From contig JANWYZ010000002.1 of NCBI GenBank assembly GCA_025054895.1, positions 1 to 36,695 on the forward strand: a DNA stretch of 36,695 nt. Reading direction: 5' to 3'. Source of the stretch: a bacterium (GTDB lineage: Bacteria; Armatimonadota; HRBIN16). The notes under the pieces were generated by a model. The model saw only the letters and a program-made list of their open reading frames with translations, was not told the DNA's origin and did no database searches. Positions 31,826 through 36,695 of the stretch are shown here, piece after piece (the first letter of the stretch is position 1; every line of letters starts with the position of its first letter). Position numbers and translations under genes: made by a program.

Positions 31826-32170
31826 TCGGCGGCTCGGCGGGAGCCTCGCCCTCCAGCCCCCGTTGTCACCCTGAGCGTTAGCGAAGGGTCTCAGATGCTT
31901 CGCCTTTGGCTCAGCATGACAAAGGGACAACGCTGGAGGGTGCGCTCCGTCGCGACCATAATGGCGGACGCAACGGAGTGCGTCCCTCCAAATGTAGGTA
32001 GGCAACCTCTGGAGGGTCGCGCTCCGTCGCGACCACGCAACCTAACGGTTCGGCGGGAGCCTCGCCCTCCAACCCTGTTGTCATTCTGAGCGCAAGCGAA
32101 GAATCTCCGAGATGCTTCGCCTTCGGCTCAGCATGACACTATTGGAGGGTCGCGCTCCGTCGCAACCGCT
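31826..32170. repeat. Mosaic of REP-like palindromic elements containing a ~120-bp direct repeat (31833-31957 and 32049-32167)
   Basis: Each copy carries three modules:
- (i) TCGGCGGGAGCCTCGCCCTCC.
- (ii) The long imperfect hairpin GTCAYYCTGAGCG..AGCGAAG...GCTTCGCC..GGCTCAGCATGAC.
- (iii) GGAGGGTSCGCTCCGTCGCRACC.
Extra copies of module (iii) lie at 32011-32034 (direct) and 31966-31989 (inverted). Confidence 0.8.
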
Positions 32171-32216
32171 CCAAGCCGGACGGCTTAGCCCCTTGTTCGT
32201 ATGCCCTCCGAGATAC

Positions 32217-32245
32217 TTGACTTTTTTGTAAGAATTGAGCATAAT
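32217..32245 (+). promoter_or_regulatory. Sigma70-like promoter of the Rrf2-suf operon: TTGACT, 17 nt, CATAAT
   Basis: -35 at 32217-32222, 17-nt spacer, -10 at 32240-32245. It lies 25 nt upstream of the ATG at 32271, with AGAGGAGAG as the Shine-Dalgarno sequence. Confidence 0.55.
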
Positions 32246-32270
32246 ATGAGTGTAATAGAGGAGAGACCAG

Positions 32271-32789
32271 ATGAAAATCACCGCACAAGAGGAATACGGC
32301 TTGCGCTGCATCATGCATCTCGCTCGTGTGCCCTTCGGCGACACAGTGAACGTGCGCCAGATTGCGGAGTACGAGGCGCTATCAGTTGCCTATGTGGAGA
32401 AGCTGCTTTATTTGCTCAACCGTGCGGGGTTGACAGAGAGCGTGCGTGGTGCTCAGGGCGGTTACCGGCTGGCTTACCCGGCTGAGCAGATTACCCTGCG
32501 GCAGGTGCTGGATGCGCTGGGTGGAGTGCTTACCGCCGACTCGTTGTGTAACCAGTTTTCAGGCGACCGCGAGGTGTGCGTGCACCACGGAGGGTGCGAG
32601 CTACATTCGGTATGGAGCTTCGTCGCAGACTATCTCTCGTCCGTATTCAGCCGCATCACGCTGAAACATCTGGCAGAGGGCACGGCGCGTCCGTTAGTAC
32701 CGTCGGTGCTCTCGCGTACAGAACAGACTATACCACTTGCGGAGCGACAACCTGCCTCCGCTGTACAAACACCGCTGGAGGGGAGTTAA
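32271..32789 (+). CDS. Rrf2-family transcriptional regulator (IscR/SufR-like, putative Fe-S cluster sensing)
   Basis: Contains [18 protein letters not shown], the wHTH segment [27 protein letters not shown] and [10 protein letters not shown] three-Cys cluster ([17 protein letters not shown]) sits in the position of the Fe-S ligands. Confidence 0.9.
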   Translation: MKITAQEEYGLRCIMHLARVPFGDTVNVRQIAEYEALSVAYVEKLLYLLNRAGLTESVRGAQGGYRLAYPAEQITLRQVLDALGGVLTADSLCNQFSGDREVCVHHGGCELHSVWSFVADYLSSVFSRITLKHLAEGTARPLVPSVLSRTEQTIPLAERQPASAVQTPLEGS

Positions 32790-32796
32790 AAACACC

Positions 32797-33588
32797 ATGA
32801 GTCAGGTACCACTGCTCGAAATCCGTGACCTGCATGTCGCGGTGGACGGCAAAGAGATTCTGAAAGGCGTGAGCCTGACGGTCCACAAGGGCGAAATCCA
32901 CGCGCTGATGGGGCGTAACGGCTCTGGTAAGAGCACGCTGGCCGCGACGCTGATGGGTCACCCACGCTACGAGGTTACCAGAGGTGAAGTGCTCTTTGAG
33001 GGACAGAACCTGCTGGAGATGGAGGTAGACGAGCGCGCCCGCGCGGGCATCTTCCTCGCCTTCCAGTATCCGGTTGCCATTCCGGGCGTGAGCGTTGCCA
33101 ACTTCCTGCGCAGTGCGCTCAAATCGTTGCGCGGCGAGGAGCTGGGCGCGCGCGAGTTCCGCAACGCCCTTAAAGAAGAGTTCAAAGCGCTGCACATGCC
33201 CGAAAGCTTCGGCAGCCGTTACGTGAACGAGGGCTTCTCGGGCGGCGAGAAGAAGCGCCTTGAAATCGTACAGATGGGCATGATTCAGCCCAAACTGGCG
33301 ATACTGGACGAAACCGATTCTGGACTGGATATCGACGGCGTGCGCATTGTTTCTGAAAACGTCAACCGCATCGCCGGTAAAGATACGGGCGTTCTGCTGA
33401 TCACACACTATCAGCGTATCCTGCGCTACATTCGCCCGCATTTCGTGCATGTGATGGTGAACGGGCGCATCATCCGCTCTGGCGACGAAAGCCTCGCGCA
33501 CGAGCTGGAACAGCGCGGCTACGACTGGTTGCTGCGGGAAGTAGGCATCCCGCAGGAAGCGGAGAAGACCCTGCAGGAGGTGGGATAA
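32797..33588 (+). CDS. sufC: Fe-S cluster assembly ATPase SufC
   Basis: Contains [21 protein letters not shown], Walker [10 protein letters not shown], the signature FSGGEKKR, Walker [11 protein letters not shown] and the H-loop ITHY. Confidence 0.95.
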   Translation: MSQVPLLEIRDLHVAVDGKEILKGVSLTVHKGEIHALMGRNGSGKSTLAATLMGHPRYEVTRGEVLFEGQNLLEMEVDERARAGIFLAFQYPVAIPGVSVANFLRSALKSLRGEELGAREFRNALKEEFKALHMPESFGSRYVNEGFSGGEKKRLEIVQMGMIQPKLAILDETDSGLDIDGVRIVSENVNRIAGKDTGVLLITHYQRILRYIRPHFVHVMVNGRIIRSGDESLAHELEQRGYDWLLREVGIPQEAEKTLQEVG

Positions 33589-33589
33589 A

Positions 33590-35002
33590 ATGGCTGCACC
33601 GCAGTCGTTGCTGGATGTCGGCACAGAATACCAGTACGGTTTCCGTGATGAGATAGAGTACGTGTACAAGGCGGAAAAGGGTCTCAACCGCCGCGTGGTG
33701 GAGATGATTTCCTACTTCAAGAATGAACCCGACTGGATGCGCGAGTTCCGCCTGCGTGCTCTGGAGATATTCCTCAAGAAACCCATGCCCACCTGGGGCA
33801 ACACGCAGCTGCTCAGCGAAATCGACTTCGACGACATCTACTATTACATCAAGCCCGCAGAGAAGCAGGGCAGGACATGGGACGAGGTACCCGAGACCAT
33901 CAAGAACACCTTCGAGAAGCTGGGCATTCCGGAGGCGGAGCGCAAGTTCCTCGCGGGCGTCTCGGCACAGTACGAGTCTGAAGTGGTGTACCACAGCATC
34001 CGCGAGGACCTGGAACGGCAGGGCGTGATATTTATGGATATGGACTCGGGCTTGCGCGAGCACCCTGACCTGGTGCGCCGCTGGTTCGGCAAGGTGGTGC
34101 CGCCTGCGGATAACAAATTCGCTGCGCTCAATTCAGCGGTGTGGTCGGGCGGGTCGTTCATCTACGTGCCGCCCGGGGTGCATGTGGAAATCCCCCTGCA
34201 GGCGTACTTCCGCATCAATGCCGAAAACATGGGGCAGTTCGAGCGCACCCTGATTATCGCTGACGAGGGCAGCCGCGTGCACTACATCGAAGGCTGCACT
34301 GCACCCATCTACTCCACCGACTCGCTACACTCGGCGGTGGTAGAGCTGGTGGCGCTGAAAGGCGCCCATATTCGCTATACCACCGTACAAAACTGGTCCA
34401 AAAACGTATACAACCTGGTCACCAAACGCGCGGTAGCGTATGAAGACGCCACGGTGGAATGGGTTGACGGGAATCTGGGATCCAAGCTCACGATGAAGTA
34501 TCCGAGTGTCTATATGGTTGGCAAAGGCGCAAGAGGTGACATACTATCTGTCGCTTTCGCTGGTCCTGGGCAGCATCAGGACGCAGGTGCAAAGATGATA
34601 CACGCCGCGCCGTATACCACATCCACCGTTGTCTCCAAGTCCATTAGCCGAGGGGGTGGACGCACCACCTATCGCGGACTGGTACAGGTAGACGAAGGCG
34701 CTGTGGGGGTGAAGTGCAATGTGCGCTGCGACGCACTGCTGCTGGACGAGCTCTCACGCTCCGATACCTACCCTACCATGAACGTGAAAGAGGACGACGT
34801 GCGCATCGAGCATGAAGCCACCGTCAGCAAGGTGGGCGAGGAGCAGCTGTTCTACCTGATGAGCCGCGGACTCAGCGAGCAAGAAGCCACCACGATGATT
34901 ATCAACGGCTTCTTCGAGCCGTTCGCGAAGGAGCTGCCGCTGGAGTACGCGGTGGAGTTGAACCGGCTCATCGCTCTGGAGATGGAGGGTTCGGTAGGTT
35001 AA
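33590..35002 (+). CDS. sufB: Fe-S cluster assembly scaffold protein SufB
   Basis: 470 aa. Contains [48 protein letters not shown]-like and [10 protein letters not shown]. Confidence 0.95.
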   Translation: MAAPQSLLDVGTEYQYGFRDEIEYVYKAEKGLNRRVVEMISYFKNEPDWMREFRLRALEIFLKKPMPTWGNTQLLSEIDFDDIYYYIKPAEKQGRTWDEVPETIKNTFEKLGIPEAERKFLAGVSAQYESEVVYHSIREDLERQGVIFMDMDSGLREHPDLVRRWFGKVVPPADNKFAALNSAVWSGGSFIYVPPGVHVEIPLQAYFRINAENMGQFERTLIIADEGSRVHYIEGCTAPIYSTDSLHSAVVELVALKGAHIRYTTVQNWSKNVYNLVTKRAVAYEDATVEWVDGNLGSKLTMKYPSVYMVGKGARGDILSVAFAGPGQHQDAGAKMIHAAPYTTSTVVSKSISRGGGRTTYRGLVQVDEGAVGVKCNVRCDALLLDELSRSDTYPTMNVKEDDVRIEHEATVSKVGEEQLFYLMSRGLSEQEATTMIINGFFEPFAKELPLEYAVELNRLIALEMEGSVG

Positions 35003-36330
35003 TGAGCAACACACTGACTGTGCATAACCCTGCGGAGCTGGAGCTGATACAATCCATCAGCCGGCACCTCGCCGAGCCAGAGTGGGCGCATATCTACCGC
35101 AAGGAGGCGTGGTACCGTTTCCTGCAAGCCCCTACGCCTTCTCGCACGCACGAACACTGGCGACGCACCGACATTAGCCACCTGAACCTGCAAAACATCA
35201 TCCCTGCCTTGCCCGTTGAGCATCGTGCCGCGCCCGAATGGCTGGAATCGCTGATGGCAGGAGGTGCAAAGCGTGTCGGTGGCACGCTCGCTTTCGTGGA
35301 TGGAACGCTTGTGCACGAGCACCTTACCGAGAGCCTGCGTAAACGCGGCGTGATATTCACCAGCTGGTCGCAAGCGATCCAGCAGCATCCCGACCCGGTG
35401 CGTCGTGCAATAGAAGGCGTGGACTATGACCCCGCTGACGAGAAGTTCACCGCCATGGCGCGTGCGTATGCTACCGGCGGCGCAGTGCTGATCGTACCAC
35501 GTGGGGTAGAGGTTACTCTGCCTCTGCAGGCTTTCTTCGCAGCTGAAGCGACAAATGCGGTGTTCCCGCATACGCTAGTGGTTCTGGAGGAAGACAGCCG
35601 CGTTACCCTGCTGGACGGGATGCTCTCGCCAGACCTGCCAGGGCGCGCCTTCGGCAGCGGCGTCGCCGACCTGGTGCTTGGCAGCGGTTCAGAACTCACG
35701 TACGTGTTGTTCCAGCAGTGGGGACAGGGCATGGAGTACTTCCATCACCAGCGAGCGGTGCTAGGACGCGATTCGCATCTGACTACCATCACTGTGGCGT
35801 TGGGTGCGTCGCTTAGCAAAGTGACCATTGAATCGGTGCTCTGCTCGCCGGGCGCGGTGAGTGATATGCTGGGTGTGGTGTTTGGCGACAGCAAGCAGCA
35901 CTTTGACCACCATACGGTGCAGATGCATACTGTCGGCAACACCACCAGCGACCTGCTGTTCAAAGTAGCGTTGGACGAGCAGGCGTACTCGGCATACAGT
36001 GGGCTGATTCGCATCGAGCCGGGCGCACAGAAGGCAAACGCCTACCAGCGCAACGAAAACCTGGTGTTGAGCAGTACCGCACATGCTGAAACCCTGCCCA
36101 ACCTGGAGATCGAGGCAAACGACGTGCGCTGTACACACGGCGCCACCGTCGCGCCGGTAGATGTGGAGCAGATGTTCTACCTGATGAGCCGGGGTTTGGC
36201 GCCGCGCGATGCGAAACGTCTTATCGTAGAGGGGTTCCTGCAACCCGTGCTGGACCGCATCAGCGCCAAAAGCCTTCGCGAGATGGTGAGCGCAAAAGTG
36301 GATGAGAAGATCGCCCGCAGGAGGTTTTGA
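35002..36330 (+). CDS. sufD: Fe-S cluster assembly protein SufD
   Basis: 442 aa with a TAATG overlap with sufB. Beta-helix core with NLEIEANDVRCTHGATV and [10 protein letters not shown]. Confidence 0.9.
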   Translation: MSNTLTVHNPAELELIQSISRHLAEPEWAHIYRKEAWYRFLQAPTPSRTHEHWRRTDISHLNLQNIIPALPVEHRAAPEWLESLMAGGAKRVGGTLAFVDGTLVHEHLTESLRKRGVIFTSWSQAIQQHPDPVRRAIEGVDYDPADEKFTAMARAYATGGAVLIVPRGVEVTLPLQAFFAAEATNAVFPHTLVVLEEDSRVTLLDGMLSPDLPGRAFGSGVADLVLGSGSELTYVLFQQWGQGMEYFHHQRAVLGRDSHLTTITVALGASLSKVTIESVLCSPGAVSDMLGVVFGDSKQHFDHHTVQMHTVGNTTSDLLFKVALDEQAYSAYSGLIRIEPGAQKANAYQRNENLVLSSTAHAETLPNLEIEANDVRCTHGATVAPVDVEQMFYLMSRGLAPRDAKRLIVEGFLQPVLDRISAKSLREMVSAKVDEKIARRRF

Positions 36331-36334
36331 GGCG

Positions 36335-36646
36335 ATGCGCGTCAGGGTAGCGCGTGTGTCAGATGTGGGGTTAGGCAGAGCGACCCCCGTAGAAGTGAAC
36401 GGCAAGCGGGTAGCGCTCTGTCGCCCCTCTGCTGAGGAGTTCTACGCTATCGACGATACCTGCTCGCACGCGCTGGCGTCGCTCAGTGAAGGCGAGCTGG
36501 TGGAATACGAAATCGAGTGCCCGCGACATGGAGCGCACTTTGACATCCGCACAGGCGAGGCGTTGACCCTGCCCGCGACCAAGCCCATCAAGACCTACCG
36601 CGTGGTGGTAGAAGAGGAAGAGGTATTCATCGAGGTACCCGAGTAA
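36335..36646 (+). CDS. Rieske-type [2Fe-2S] ferredoxin encoded within the suf operon
   Basis: 103 aa from the ATG at 36335. Rieske ligand motifs CSH (DDTCSHA) and CPRHG (ECPRHGAHFD) are present. Confidence 0.85.
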   Translation: MRVRVARVSDVGLGRATPVEVNGKRVALCRPSAEEFYAIDDTCSHALASLSEGELVEYEIECPRHGAHFDIRTGEALTLPATKPIKTYRVVVEEEEVFIEVPE

Positions 36647-36695
36647 AAGCGTCCTGGTGACATGCAATCTGCAGGACAAGGCTCCTGCCGAGCCG

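Noticed and set aside
31826-32170. Possible CRISPR array
   Set aside because: The repeat unit is ~120 bp and internally palindromic. There are only two full copies, the spacer itself contains the same sub-modules, and there are no cas genes. This is REP/BIME-like, not CRISPR.
32728-33687. 319-aa ORF antisense to sufC
   Set aside because: It is opposite an unambiguous sufC and has no recognisable motifs. The same reasoning applies to the antisense ORFs at 34999-35571 and 35761-36405 (sufD), 1415-2110 (dehydrogenase), 5470-6060, 11956-12519, 15152-15787, 25894-26481, 26653-27141 and 30502-31095.
1-36695. tRNA, rRNA, tmRNA, RNase P RNA, transposase/integrase genes or prophage content
   Set aside because: I scanned the intergenic regions by eye for T-loop (GTTCGA-type) motifs, conserved RNase P/tmRNA boxes and terminal inverted repeats flanking ORFs, and found none. 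A covariance-model scan would be needed for certainty.

Overview
GC-rich bacterial chromosomal window (by eye high-50s % GC, not computed) with about 33 credible protein genes. I recognised no rRNA, tRNA, CRISPR array, transposase or integrase.

Gene content in order:
- Membrane-anchored SNase-like nuclease (-).
- pduO-like adenosyltransferase, LDH/MDH-like dehydrogenase and ACT-domain protein, forming a tightly coupled trio (+).
- A 5'-truncated VIT/vWA-family remnant.
- About 650 bp of unexplained sequence carrying a strong promoter.
- A czcCBA/cusCBA-type heavy-metal RND efflux operon.
- PhyH-type dioxygenase.
- A prepilin-leader 'LFPVFAQAR' protein plus a tiny membrane ORF.
- Rhomboid protease (-).
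- A six-gene minus-strand pilin/pseudopilin operon: two tandem major-pilin paralogues, PilV/GspI-like, PilW/GspJ-like, a 600-aa PilX/GspK-like protein and a secreted Gln-rich protein.
- Gfo/Idh/MocA oxidoreductase, SpoT-type HD hydrolase and a beta-carbonic-anhydrase-like protein.
- URO-D-family protein coupled to an orphan, atypical ABC permease.
- A coiled-coil membrane protein, a GH130 glycoside phosphorylase and archaeal-type phosphoglycerate mutase.
- Rrf2-sufC-sufB-sufD-Rieske Fe-S assembly operon.

The stand-out is a 5.5-kb minus-strand operon (25858-31335):
- It encodes a periplasmic ~10-haem cytochrome, a ~570-aa predicted outer-membrane beta-barrel and two different lipobox-bearing octahaem cytochromes.
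- This is the gene logic of a porin-cytochrome (Mtr/Pio/Ext-like) extracellular electron conduit. I cannot assign any member to a characterised orthologue by eye.
- It is driven by a near-consensus promoter with a palindromic operator-like site.

Several families of REP-like palindromic repeats are scattered through the intergenic regions, including a ~340-bp mosaic at 31826-32170.

The pilin-like N-termini hint at an Armatimonadota/PVC-like diderm lineage; this is a low-confidence inference.
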